DNA of 64,000 nucleotides from Puccinia triticina (taxonomy: Eukaryota). The notes beneath the pieces were generated by a model, which was not told the DNA's origin, made no database searches, and was given only the letters and a program-made list of their open reading frames with translations. The stretch spans positions 4,712,001-4,776,000 of the forward strand of contig CP110439.1 of NCBI GenBank assembly GCA_026914245.1, in the 5' to 3' direction. Each line of letters opens with the position of its first letter. Position 1 is the first letter of the stretch. This document shows, in pieces, positions 51,576 to 64,000 of the stretch. The translations under genes were made by a program, and so were the position numbers.

Positions 51576-53051
51576 GGACTTTAGCCTTTAAGACCAAGCT
51601 ATTCCTTTGGAGCAAAATTTGAGTTGGGGGCCAGACAGAGATGATAAGAAGGGCAATCTTTGGTTAATTTGAAGCAAGTGTGATGATTAAGGCCTGCTCC
51701 TCATTGATATATTGCAAGGGTCATAATGCAAACTCTTGTGACACCTGATCAGGTTTTGGTGGATGGAATTGGGTGGTAGAAGGATTTTGTGTAAAATTTA
51801 CATCTACACTTGCAATGTATTGCTAAAAAAACAAGGCCTAAGCATTCTGACTGTGACTGGTCCAACATAAACTTGTGATTGGACAAACGTAAACCATGTG
51901 TTATTGATTTTGATCTGATCAAATTTGATTTAAATTTCAGATAGCAAGCAGATAAACCATTAAGAAATTATTTGGTGGCCCAGTTTGACTTGAATTTTGG
52001 TTTGAGAAGGGGAAAAGTATATATGAAATCAATAAATAACCATTTCATTTTACTCAACTTTCTATGCCAAAAAGCTTAGAATGGAGCATACAAAGTTGAT
52101 GTGTGGATGTTTGCCATAGAGAATCATCAGCCAAATAGAATTTTTCTTGAGATTTCACATCAGAAATAAAAGTCTCCCAGTTTTCATGTTATTGGTAAAT
52201 TCCACAGCTTCAGAATAAGTTATTCTGTATGTATTCACACTGCAAAGTTTGACCGGATAAACAATTGATCAATCTTTATGAATTCTTTGTCAATAATTTC
52301 ATTCATAAATGTTGTGTTGGGTTCTGCCTCTGCAAACCCAGCACTCAGCCCCAGGATCTTTTACTTTTGACCAGGACACAAGCCTCTAAAAATTAAGCCA
52401 TCCAGACTTCAAATCTCACAAGAACTTTCCAGAATTGACAAATTTCCAAAAGAAACACTTTTGACTCAAAAAAGGTAGTAATACATGGTATCAACAAAGA
52501 AGCAAAAGAGAATAAAAAGAGAAATGCACATCTTTGTCCATCTGAACATTTTCATGCCATGCATGTTAAGAAATTTGACTCCAGAAGGTCTAAAATTAGA
52601 TTATGACTGTGTTTGTTCTACTTTCAGTGGGTTCTCCAACTGTTCATAGTAGCAGGATTGCTGATAAGAAAACATGCTTCTTGAGAAACAAAATTCTCTT
52701 TTAAGTTTCCTTTCTAGTCTTATGTTGTTGCTATTCAAACTGACAAGGCACACCACAGCTTAAGGCTGGTACCTGGGATGTGATTGAAAAAAAGAAATTG
52801 ACCAAGAGATTCAGGCACCTTGGTTGCTGTCATCATCACAGTTTCTTTTGAATTTCAATAGCTTTTGTGCTTGAATGGAATAACAGGAGTAGGACTTGAA
52901 TTATCATTTTGCAACTCAGATGAGTCTTGCTTGGCTTGAGGATGTGGCAAGGAAGAAGGCAAGCGGAAGGGGATGGAGGAGCAGGTTGAGAGCGGTGGGG
53001 TTGATGTGCGGTCATTGTCTGGTGGGGATGAGGAAGGGAGGGGGGGGAATT

Positions 53052-54067
53052 TGTCAGCCTTAGAGTCATCACAGCTGACCTAAAAGCTGCCTGTTCTACC
53101 TTTGTTACATATGAAATACCTTATATCTTTTCCATCTTAAGAGATAGCCTTGTTTTGACTTCATATTCTGTTTCCTCATGCAATTTTAACCCTAGTTACA
53201 ACTTATCAATTCCTTGTAACTATACTCCTTCCCTGAGTTATTGAGTTGTGGCGCGCATGCGCAGTTGTGACGTGTCAGCGCTACCAGGCGCGCCAAACCA
53301 CATGTACATATGTAAATTACATAAGCAAACTGTGAAAATTTTCTTAGTCAGGATCCCCCTTGCCTGAGGTGGATCTACAGACTTCAGCACACCAGAACCA
53401 CACCCCAGAGAACCCCAGGATCACCACCAAAGAGATTACTACACTCCCAGTATACCTACCGTCACAGGCGCCTAGGATATTGACAGTAAGTAACCTCTTT
53501 CACTGAACCTTGTTGATCTCAGAGGTACAACTCTGTGTCTTGCTTGATATTCTCTTTTCTGCTGGTTTTGTCTTCTTCTTGATCACAGGGCTGTCCCTCC
53601 AAATCTACTGGCCTTTGCCTCTATCTTGATCACAGGGCTGTCCCTCCAAATCTACTGGCCTTTGCCTCTATCTTGATCACAGGGCTGTCCCTTCTTATCC
53701 TTTGGCCTTTGCCTCAAAATCTAGGTTCAGGGCTGTCCCTCAGGTTTCCCTTTAAGAACCTTGACTATCCAGAAGGAAGCTAAAAAATTGTGGCTGGATT
53801 AAACTTATCTAATCCAGATACCCTCCTGAGAGGAAGCTGTAGCACTTCTTAGCACAGATTAGCAGCACTCTTCTGAAGAGTAGCATTGCCAGTGGACGTG
53901 CATTCCCACTAGAATAACCTAGTCCTTCTCTTCATCTTGATCCTGCTCTGTTTTCTCTTTCCTCTTTCTCTCTCTCTCTTATAGTTGTATTTTCTTTATC
54001 CCAAGAAACCCAACTATTGCCCCCCATTTCTTGTGTCCTGCTGTCACTATAGAGACTCAGGCTCACA
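53052..54067 (+). mobile_element. Solo LTR of the gypsy family, with an internal 47-bp tandem expansion
   Basis: TGTCAGCC...GGCTCACA; TSD GAATT at 53047-53051 and 54068-54072. Confidence 0.95.
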
Positions 54068-57000
54068 GAATTGCAATGGCAGCGGGGCCTTGGCAGGAGA
54101 AGTAGGCAAAGTTGGCGGGGACACGTGCGGGGTTGGTGGCCCAGGCGGCGGCATGCCAGGGCCAGGGAGCATATGCGGCTGCAGGGAGGCGCCGTCAAGG
54201 ACCAGGATGGTTTTGGTGGTCAGCGCAGGCATGTATTTAGGTGCCCAAAGAGCCAATCATCAGCTCGTGCGTCGACACTGGCCCCGGCTGGGGACACTGC
54301 TGCGCCACCGAAGACACTATTGTCAGCAGGCCCTCCAGCAAGGAAAGTATGCTGTCCAGCAAGCGCGCCGGATCCAGCGAGAGGGCACTGAACAGCATGA
54401 TTTTGATTGCCGAGGATGACCCTGGGGTTTTGTGGTTTGCCAAGAGGTTTTTGAGAGCATGTACATACTTACTCAGAGGCAGAAGTTTTGGACAAAGTGA
54501 ATATTTGATGATTAGCTCGGGAGTACATCAGATATCCTACAATCTGTATCCGGGAAATGTCAGTCTTGGCAAGGAGGGGTCTGGCGTTTGGCTGGTGCTT
54601 CAAGACTTCCAGAATACATATGTATGGTTCCAGCCGACCGCGGGTTCTGGGAATTTGTAGGCAGAAACTTTAATCAAACTTACCCCGAGTCTTCTGTAGT
54701 TCCACGCGGCCCTTCTGTTCCTGGGCAAGGTGTTTGAAGAACTTGGTTGTCGTTGGTTTGCGGGCCTGGACCCTTGCACCATTGTTTATCCTCCCGACTG
54801 CGGCCGTGTTGATTGTGCGGCTTGCAAAAACTGGAGTGCTTGGCCTTGAGCAAGTGGGAAAAATTTGACCGCCAGATTTTGGTGAGTAGAGGGAGTGTTC
54901 CGTGTGTTTGAGGAGAGTGGTAACTGGAATGATTTGGGACCTAAGACAAGACACACTCAGGCACCAGGGTTGAAGGAGGATGTCGACGAGAGCGACCAAG
55001 TGTCACTGTCCGTCTCATCTTTGCTGCCGCTAGCGAGTCTAGTCAAGCACCTTTGATGGGCTTGAGCAGTTTATGTTAATTTTTCTGTCACTTGGGTAAA
55101 GGGGGAAGAACAGGAAGTGGAGCCCAATTTTTGAGGCGTCTGTGTTGATCGTCATCATAAGCACCACCAATCAAAGCAACTTCCCTGCGGCATGTGGTTA
55201 GATTTCCTACTTGCTTGGTGTGCGGGACTCCTTCTTCTGCCGCTTTTGTTAATGTGCCTTCGTGGAATAAACCTGTGGGAGAGGGGAGGCAGGGCAGGTC
55301 CATGCAAGATCAGAATCCAATTTGATGAACAATAGAGATAAGGAAGCATGTAGACTCGTACCACTGAGGCTTGTTCTCCCAAAGCCTGCACCCTGAGCAG
55401 ACAAAGTTCTGATCAAGGGAAAAGGGCCGTCGGAAAATCTGGATTCTGGTGGATCTTGACGCAGGGTCAGATGTGACAACAGAGTGGCTTGGCATGCACG
55501 CAAAATTTTCAGGCTCAGCTGGTGGTATGTAGAGGGAGGTGCGAGGGTTGGTTTGTGGTGGCGGTAGAAACAACAAGTGTTGTGCAGGACGCGGTGGTCG
55601 TCGCAAGGCTGGAGTGGTTGAGTAGATATGTGTTTACATCCAGACGAAGCGTTGCAGAGGAAGCGGAGGCGGGAGTCAGGCTGGAGCGGTGGAGTATAGG
55701 GCCGTGGCGGTGGCGTTGACCGTTGTTGAAATGATGATCAGTGCAAGCTTCAGGTGGCGGACTGAGCTGGCCGGAGGCTGGAAGTCTATAAATAGAGAGC
55801 CCTGAGGAAGAGATGTTTCCTCAGGCAACTCTCCGTGCTGGCTTCCAGCGGGGGGTTGTCTCACCTCCATCCGCTGTTGCAATTGTGCAGTTTGACGGGG
55901 GATACTCGTGGACACCCCTGTGCTTTCAGGCTGGGGGTCTTCCTCTCATCACTTTTTAACCCTGCTAGACAGGGATGGGTGGTGGGCCACGGTACGTCAG
56001 CTTGCTGCGTTGGGTGGTAGGGTGTGGGTGTGGTTTTTGTGTTTTTTTGGAGGCTTTGTTTCTGTGTATTTTGTTTTGTTGTATTGAGAATTGTGGATCT
56101 TTGTTTGCTTGTTTTGTAAAAGGGAAAACCCTTGATTTTTTTTGTATATTTGGCCATTTTGTAGGGCAAACCCTTGAATTTTTTTTCTGTGAATCTGAGG
56201 CTTTAATATACTTGGATTGCAGAAATACAAAAATAGTGGCTCTCAAGGTAGAACACATGTCATGTTTTTTTTTGTAATCAGTATCTCTCCCCAATAATAT
56301 TTCTCCATATTTTTTCTATGACGTACTGCCATGGGATGGTAGTCCCAAACCCATTTATGGTGTTCAAAGTTGAAATCATAAAATTTTCAATACATCCAAG
56401 TTTATTAAAGACGCAGTTTTTCCAAAATCACAAAAAAGAAGATCAAGGGTTCCCATAAATACAAAAATGAGAAGAAAAAAAAAATCAAGGGTTTCCTCCT
56501 TACAAAAAAGCAAGTCACAGACCAAAAATTTCCCCTAAATAGAATACCACAATAAAAAAAAGTCTCAACCCAGCCTTCCAAAATCAGCAATGCTGTTCCC
56601 ACAGGCTCACCCCCCAGCCTGTGTCATGTGCACAGGTCAAAAGGGATGGACGTGAAGGCCCCCAGCCCGCAGCAAAGCGGACCAGTGGGAGGTCCAATCT
56701 TTTCCCCTTGGACTGTGCATGTGCAACAGCGGAGGGGTTGAGGGCAATGGATAGCTGGACGTGCAGCGTCTCCAATCACCCTGGGGAATCAATAACCTTG
56801 AATGCTTCCTCTCTTTTAAGCATTTGGTCCTTCTCAGTGTTGCTAGAATCACCACAGCCATTCTCTCAACTTGCTCTGAATCAATTTCACCGTTACCCTC
56901 ACCACAACATTGTACACATCCACTGTTGCTATCTGCACCCCACCGCCACACCACCCTATCATTGCTGTGCACTAACATCCCACCGTGGTGCAACATTACT

Positions 57001-58249
57001 CACACTTGTACATCACATCAGCTGTTGCTTTGCCTCCCATTTGTGACGCTTCTACGTTTTTGCAGCCAATACTGCCTTCACTAGCCTTCTCCAACCTTTG
57101 CAGTAACTCTCAAACACGCTTAACCCGTCCCAACCTGCAGCGCGCACAGCCATGCCTTCAGCTGCAACCTCCAGCGGGCACTTCGGGCCACCAGTGGCAG
57201 CAGCATCAGATCCACCAGTCGCCGCAGCTCTCCTCAAGAAGGCTTCTTTGCCGGCTTCGTCAGAAGTCTCCATGCCAAGCAAGGCCAACAGGCCGACAGC
57301 GGCGGAAGACGCGGGAGGAGTTGATGCACTTGGACAGCGGGCCAACAGATATGGCACACTCCTGCTTCCTCAGTCCTGTTTGGCTTCGTCGGCTACACAG
57401 CGGTGCAGATTGGGAAAAGCCGATGCACCCAGAAGGCGTCCCAGAAGTCCATGCGCCACGGTGGCGTGACAGGGACCCAGAGTCATACTGGCGCCACTTG
57501 GTCATACAACGGGACGCCACCGGGACTGTGGGAATAGGTGGCGCGACTGAGATGCCACCGACCTGGGCGCCAGATGGCCGCCCCGTTGAGATGCCTGCGT
57601 GACGCACCGGTAGGGGAGGCATCACCGCCGGCTGTCACGGGGGCATCTATGCCAGTCGCCTGGCTGACGCAGGGGTCCTGATGACGCCACTGGTTATGGG
57701 GGACCCCCACTGCATCCTGGGGTTGCCGGAGCGGCTAGGACACCCCGTCCAGGTGCGGGCGATCAAAGGGCCCGTGAGCCGCAATCCAGCCGGCTTGCGT
57801 CATGGATGAGTGTGGGCAGTGTCTGTGGTCCTGGCCCCGGCTCCCCCTCAGATGCCTCAGACAATAAGATGTACATAAATAACACAACAGAGCCCCTTGG
57901 TTTTGCCTCACACAAAGGTTGGCAAAACTGGGAGACCTGTTTCATGAAGTGAACCTGAGCCAACACCGCTCAAGGACGCTTCCCTGTGAATCACTCTAGC
58001 GGTCAATCAGTCACATATCACACAGTCCACAAGCCCACCAGGCCACACCGATATCAGTTGTTTCCTTGACAAGCCCTTGACAGAGATCAAGGAACCCGCT
58101 GCCGCCATGGATCCAATCATACAGCAAGGTACACATGCTAGGTCTTATGCATATGCTGGTCTGTTTTGCTGGCCCAATGGAATGGTATGAATGGGAGTTT
58201 TGTCCCTTTTTTTCTTCGGCTATTAGCCGAGGAAAATAATGCATTTTAT

Positions 58250-58985
58250 TTTGGCTAAAAGCCAAAGGACAGCGGAGCTGGCGCGCTGGCTGGCGCTGGC
58301 TAGTGCTGGAGCTGGCGCGCTGGCTGGCGCTGGATGAGCTGGAATATATTGTATTGGTGTATCCAATACATACCAATACAATGTATTGCTGTATCCAATA
58401 CAAATACATAGCGATACGTATCCGATACATACCAATACGTATTGGATACGTATCCAATACATACCTGTACAGTGTACTAAAAATACATACCAATACGTAT
58501 CCGATACATACCGATATGTATCCGATACGTATCCAATACATACCAATACATATCCGATACAATCTACTGTACACCTTGCCACATTTTTTTTAAAAAAAAC
58601 TGCCCTAACCCCTAACCCCTAAACTAAAAATACATACCAATACGTATCCGATACATACCGATATGTATCCGATACATACCGATACGTATTGGATACATAC
58701 CGATATGTATCCGATACAATCTACTGTACACCTTGTCACATTTTTTTTAAAAAAAACTGCCCTAACCCCTAACCCCAAAAACCCGCCCCCTAACCCCCAA
58801 ATTGGGTATGGGGGCAGTGGGAATTGAACCGGCAACCTTGCTGTAAGGAGGTTTGCAGCTGCGCTGCAAAGCACTAGGCTAACAACCATTGGTTGCGCTG
58901 CCCAGGTTTTGTGGCTAGGTTCCTATGAACTCAGCTCCGCCAGCCCGGCCAGCTCCAGCGCTCCTTCGGCTTTTAGCCAAAGAAT
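58250..58985. mobile_element. Inverted-repeat-bounded segment with GTATCCGATAC arrays and CCCTAA runs
   Basis: TTTGGCTAAAAGCC..GGAGCTGGC and its reverse complement at the two ends; internal duplication of about 145 bp; no TSD established. Confidence 0.55.
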
Positions 58986-61855
58986 TATAGTACCACAGGT
59001 GATGAATGGATGACTTGTTTGTTGGGCCGCCAGGCCTGAGGGCCCCCTGGGTATTGGGGCACCAGAGCTTGGGGCCCGGCGCCCCCCTCCCCCCCCCCCC
59101 CCCCCCCCTGGCCTGGAACATATTTGATGACTAGGCCCAGCCCGCGCCAGCCCTATCCAATTCCAATCAATATTAGGACCCATTGGATGCAGCCAAGCGG
59201 GCCATTGGGGGGCTTGACCTTGTCTTCCCAGACCTAACCCCAACCTGGGGATATCATATCCCCTGGCTCCAAGATAACCACCAACTCTCCCACAAGTCCG
59301 GCCCTGATATGGATGGATCTTCCTTGACCCAACGTCCCACGCCTGCACCCTACTCAAGTCCACGCACCGGCCCAACTCATCAACGACTCTACCTTGTCCC
59401 CCCCCCCCACAGAATGTCGTCACAGCCAGATCCCCACAGCCCCGTCAGGCCTCCTGCCAGTGCCACCCAATCAACCACTGGGCCCACAGGCAGGGCTTGT
59501 TCCCCCAGCGATATCAGTGAGCACACCCACCTCCGTCACTATTCCCCCTCGGCAAACCTCCTGACTCATCCTACCCTTGCCATCGTCGCAGCGGGGCCCA
59601 AGCGAGCAGCCCAACGGCAACGCACCGGTGCGGGCGGGTTCCCCCCCGGTGGTAACCCATTTCTTCCATTAAGGCCTCCCCCCCAAGAAGTTCCCCTCCC
59701 CCTTGACGCATACTCGCCACGCTTGAGAATCACTTTGGTCCTGACGCCAAGACCGTGTCCCACTGGGACACAATAGATCACCAGCTCCAGGCAAACAGGA
59801 CCCTTGACAAGAATCACATCAACGCGTGAGTATGGATGGCTCTTGCAATCAACTGTGAATCTGACCTAATTTCTGTATTGTAGGTTGCATCGCCTGATAT
59901 GCCAGAAGGACACCAAACTCTTTGGCGAGTCCCCCATGTTGGAGGACTTAGATAAATTGGCCTGTGTTTGCCCCTCCAAGGAAAACATCAGGGCCCTAGC
60001 TGCCGAGATTGCCAATATTTGAATGTCCTTGTGATTGCTCCCCCCCCCCCCCAACATTCATTAGTCCCCGTGAAGCAATGTTGCCTATGTCTGCTCCCTC
60101 TTCCTACCCCCTTGATATTGTGTTCCTCCCGTTGTATCTGTATCTAAGTAGATGTCCCCGTACTCAGATACTCTTGAGAATTGATAAAGATACCTCTGAA
60201 CGTTAACCCTGTGCCCTATTTCCTGTGAGGCCTACCCACCCATTGGCCAATGACCCAGTGTCAGCCAGGGGTGGTCTCAACCCCACCCCCTCCTTGCACC
60301 CTGGACAAACTTTGTTCCCTCAATCAACACATCACGTGCGCGCCTGCCCGCTAACCCACGGCGGCCCCTGAGGCCTCTCAAGGCATATCTTCATGGCGAG
60401 CGGGAGCATGCCGTCGAAGAGCACGTCTACCTTGCATCCCCCTAGGCACCCTGAGGCCATACCCCAGACAGATGTCCCGACAATCTCAGCATGGACGCCC
60501 GGGGATATCCCGCCCTGGCGCCCTGAGGTCGCCCCCCCTGCGCCTTGGTCGGGTTGGCGCCCATCTGGGCTGCCCTAAGCGCGCCACACGAGATGGCTGC
60601 AGGGCGTGGCTGGATGGCGTCCTGGAGGCGTGTGGCAAAACGGGGCCATCAGGGCCTCCGACGACTGCAGGGCCCTGGTGGCGTCCGGTTGGCCGCCCTG
60701 CTGACATCCCACTTGCCCCGCTGTGTATGCCTGCACCACCTTCAAGCTCATAAAAAAATTCCCCGTCATCAAACTTAATATTGGTGGCACAAGAACCAAT
60801 GTCAACAGGTTCAATCGTTGCCATGAGACCGTCCGAGATTTGATCACCACTGGCAAATTCCCCAGTTGGAAATCAGTCAGTCTTTCTTTTCCCCCAAAAA
60901 CTCTCCACCAATGGGATCCCAGCATCACTGACCATACTTCTAGACAAAGCTGTTGCTTGCAGAGGATTGAGTTGTTCTGGAGGAACGGACAATTTGTCAG
61001 CGCAGGCGCGTCCCTCGGCCCAGCCTCCTACAGGAAGGGCTGCCTGCTGGCCGTTGCCAACGCTCACCTTGTCCCAGGGCACTTTCATGAAATATTTGTG
61101 CCCAAAGATGACCAGTAGTTGGACATCAAGACCTTCCAGACCCTCTTCAAGCAGCTCTGGACAAGCATCAACTGCAATATGTAGCAGGAACATGGTTCCC
61201 TGGGGTTCTTTGTGAAGCTATGCAACATGGTTCCCTGGGGTTCTTTGTGAAGCTATGCATGGCCCTTGCCAACTGTGTTTTGGAGGCACTGGTCCCACCG
61301 CAATTGTCTACATTTTTCCTTTCTTATCTCTATTTATCTTTCATCTGTGATTAGCATTCAACTTTACACCAAATTGTTTTGTGGAGATGCCTGGTGTTTG
61401 AAAGAATGACTGTCTCTCATAATTGTCTTCCTGTTACATAAATACCTCCTCAGCTGTAATGACAATTACCCCTTTTTTATGAGGAATTTAATATACCATA
61501 GATATCTTCAGTTTTTCTATGTTTGGATAAATGGCTGGATAATACTGGAGAGATCCCACTGTACTTAACATTTATATCTCCCAAAACTCAAAAGCAAGCT
61601 TCCTGAGGGAATTCATTGAGCAAGTTGTGAATCAATTTACTGCTGATTGGCGTCTGTCGGCATATGCTTGGTATCCAAAAGATATGCTTGCTGAAAAAAA
61701 GTTAATATGTCCATTGGCCTCATGATTCATGCTCTCTTCATGGAGATCTCTTTGAATCTGCAGCAAGAGTTAATTCCTTAATTTTGAAAAAACCAAACCT
61801 TCAGTTTATTTGTGGTACCATAATCTGCAATGGGCTGCAACACTATATCCCTTTA

Positions 61856-62064
61856 GGGCCTGTACCATGGGCCTCAATTTTGAAAAATTTCAACTTTTCT
61901 TGCCCTGTACACAAAATTTGAAAACTAGTGGAGGGTTCAAATGTTGAAATTCTTCACATTTAGGCTCAAGCCTACATTTTGGCCAGGCTCAGTTTTTGTC
62001 CCAAGAAATTTTGAGGCAAATAAATTTGGAAAATATCAATTTTCATGCCCTATGGTACAGGCCC
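61856..62064. mobile_element. Tourist-like MITE
   Basis: TIRs GGGCCTGTACCAT...ATGGTACAGGCCC; TTA on both sides. Confidence 0.85.
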
Positions 62065-62067
62065 TTA

Positions 62068-63143
62068 GAGCATCTCCACCCGGGGTGGTAAACCGGGTTG
62101 CTATCCTGCGTTTACCAACCTGAACCCAAAAAACACCACCCACCGGGGGTGCCAAACAAGTTTCTATTTTGGCTCGGGAGCTAAAAATCTCAATTGGGTT
62201 GCTATGTATGGCAACCCACTAGCAACTTGATAGCAACTTCCCCAAGCTCATGCCCCCCTCCCTACCCACCATCAGAAGTGCCTACAACTACAAACATGTA
62301 TCCTCCACCAAACTGGTCATCGAGAGCACTGCAAGCTATTGATGACTGGCTGTCCTGCTAACTGTCTGCCCGGTCATCGAGAGCATCAAAAGCAATCGAT
62401 GACCGGATACACATATAACCAACCATCGAGAATATCTCAAGCTCTTGATGACTGGCTATACTGGTCATCGAGAGCTTTCTCAATGACTGGCTATACTGGT
62501 CATCGAGAGCTTTCTCAATGACTGGCTATACTGGTGATTGAGAGCTCTCTCGATGACTGGGTATACCGGTCATTGAGAGCCCTCTTGATGACTGGATATA
62601 CAGTCATCGAGAGCTCTCTCAATTGGTATATACCAGTCATCGAGAGCTCTCTCGATGACTGGCTACACCGGTCATCAAGAGCATTAGAGCGTTCTCGATG
62701 ACTGGCTACACCGGTCATCAAGAGCGTTCTCGATGACTGGCTACACTGGTCATTGAGAGCGTTCTCGATGACTGGCTATACCGTTCATCGAGAGAGCTCT
62801 CGATGACTGACTATACCGTTCATCAAGAGCTCTCTTGATGACTGGATATACAGTCATTGATCTCTCTCAATTGTCTATACCAGTCATCGAGAGCTTGGCA
62901 AGCCATTGATGACCGGCTATACCGGTCCTAGGGACCTTTGCAAGCTATTGCCGATCGGTGACTGGCTGTATTGTTCATTAGGTTCGTTGTGACTCCATTT
63001 GATGACTTGGTCATCTTGGAGTGCTTCTGGATTATAGCAACCACGGGTGTGTGCCAGAGCCGCGCGGGTTGCTATATGCAAAAATTGAGTTGCCATCCCG
63101 GGGTTTTAGCAACCCGCTTTTACCTCCCCGGGTGGAGATGCTC
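62068..63143. mobile_element. Non-autonomous PIF/Harbinger-type element with hairpin arrays
   Basis: TIRs GAGCATCTCCACCCGGGG; TTA TSD; internal GATGACTGGCTATACCGGTCATCGAGAGC repeats. Confidence 0.87.
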
Positions 63144-63149
63144 TTAGAG

Positions 63150-63178
63150 TGCATCAGCAAAGCCACCTTGGCCTCTAG
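63150..63178 (+). mobile_element. Degenerate Helitron 3' terminus
   Basis: ..AAGCCACCTTGGCCTCTAG|T; CpG-decayed version of the other three copies. Confidence 0.55.
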
Positions 63179-63511
63179 TAAAATCATAAAATCATAAAAC
63201 TTTCAAGTGATGATTTCATATGTACCATTCTAGAAATATTGCTCTGATTTGAGTGCTTGGGTGGAACATACAGTTGCGTGCGGCATTCTACTGTACAGAG
63301 CTGCCTGCAAAACCTGTTGGGCTACGCGGGGGAAAACCGCGACTGGGTCGGGGGTCCAGCACTCAAGAGTACATTTTTGGAGTCTACAGAGTGTGTAGAT
63401 TCCAAATCTAAAGTGGCAACCAATTTAGTCCAGCCAATTTTGATTTTTTTTTTGTTCACAGCCCATATTTTGCACCTCCCACCTCCTACTGTTTGGCTTC
63501 CGTCGCCCACC

Positions 63512-64000
63512 ATGCCAGGACGCTCATCCCCTCCGGCCCGCAGGTCTTCTCCGTCAATGACTATGTCACTCCCTTCCGCTCCGCCGCCCCATGCACTTGT
63601 CTCCCCTCAGGGGACTAATCCGAGGACTGCGATATCACAACCACCAACACTCCCGCGTCCTGCAGAGGTTCCACTGCCCCCCTCCCCCCCTCCGGTCCCC
63701 TCTTCTCCGCCTGCCCGCCGTTCTGGTCGATCCAGACAAGCCCCCGAACGATATGGACATTGGTCTAAAGTCGCGGCTCCCTCGGAGGATGTCGACACAC
63801 CCAAGACCTGGCGTCAGCTACAACAGTCGCCACACAAGGATAAATGGCTTAAAGCGGCATCTGAGGAATTCTCCTCTCTCCTGGGAATGGAGACATGGCG
63901 TCTGGTTCCGCGCCCCGAAAAGAGGCGTGTCATCAAATCTAAATGGGTATTTAAGGTCAAACGACGACCTGACAAGACTATCCAAAAGCTCAAGGCTTGA
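63512..64000 (+). pseudogene. pol: Ty1/copia pol fragment (linker and start of reverse transcriptase)
   Basis: PKTWRQ..WLKAASEEFSSLLGMETWRLVPRP..VIKSKWVFKVK..KLKA*; TGA replaces the conserved Arg of KARLVA. Confidence 0.88.

Noticed and set aside
58011..58889. Tyr/Ile/Cys-rich ORFs
   Set aside because: These are translations of the GTATCCGATAC repeat array.
54070..61200. Many overlapping GC-rich ORFs as genes, or a tyrosine-recombinase retroelement
   Set aside because: No diagnostic motifs were recognised; consistent with decayed repeats.
62310..62930. CRISPR-like appearance of palindromic repeats (also 3830-4400 and 6080-6660)
   Set aside because: Spacers are short and similar to each other, there are no cas genes, the context is eukaryotic and the arrays lie in TE-like sequence.

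Overview
Eukaryotic, TE-saturated fungal DNA. Short GT-AG introns with CTAAC branch points, the TE families and the protein families point to a rust fungus (Pucciniales; inference). Only three probable host genes were found: a two-exon hypothetical protein (18.7-20.0 kb), a multi-exon secreted protein (34.9-37.7 kb, minus) and a small Cys-rich secreted protein (38.7-39.3 kb). The rest is nested mobile DNA, much of it resolvable by target-site duplications (TSDs). It includes a young full-length chromodomain Ty3/gypsy element broken by a hAT MITE, two solo LTRs of that family, a hAT family with several non-autonomous derivatives, a gag-only copia-type element, Harbinger and Tc1-like MITEs, and Helitron 3' ends. 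Highlights: (1) a miniature LTR retroelement whose LTRs carry a tRNA-like Pol III cassette, with the same 335-bp MITE at the identical A-box base of both LTRs but in opposite orientations; (2) an intron-containing, CpG-rich accessory ORF upstream of an almost CpG-free gag-pol in the gypsy element; (3) a primer-binding site matching the tRNA-Asn anticodon arm (half-tRNA priming). Coordinates were read by eye and no database searches were run.
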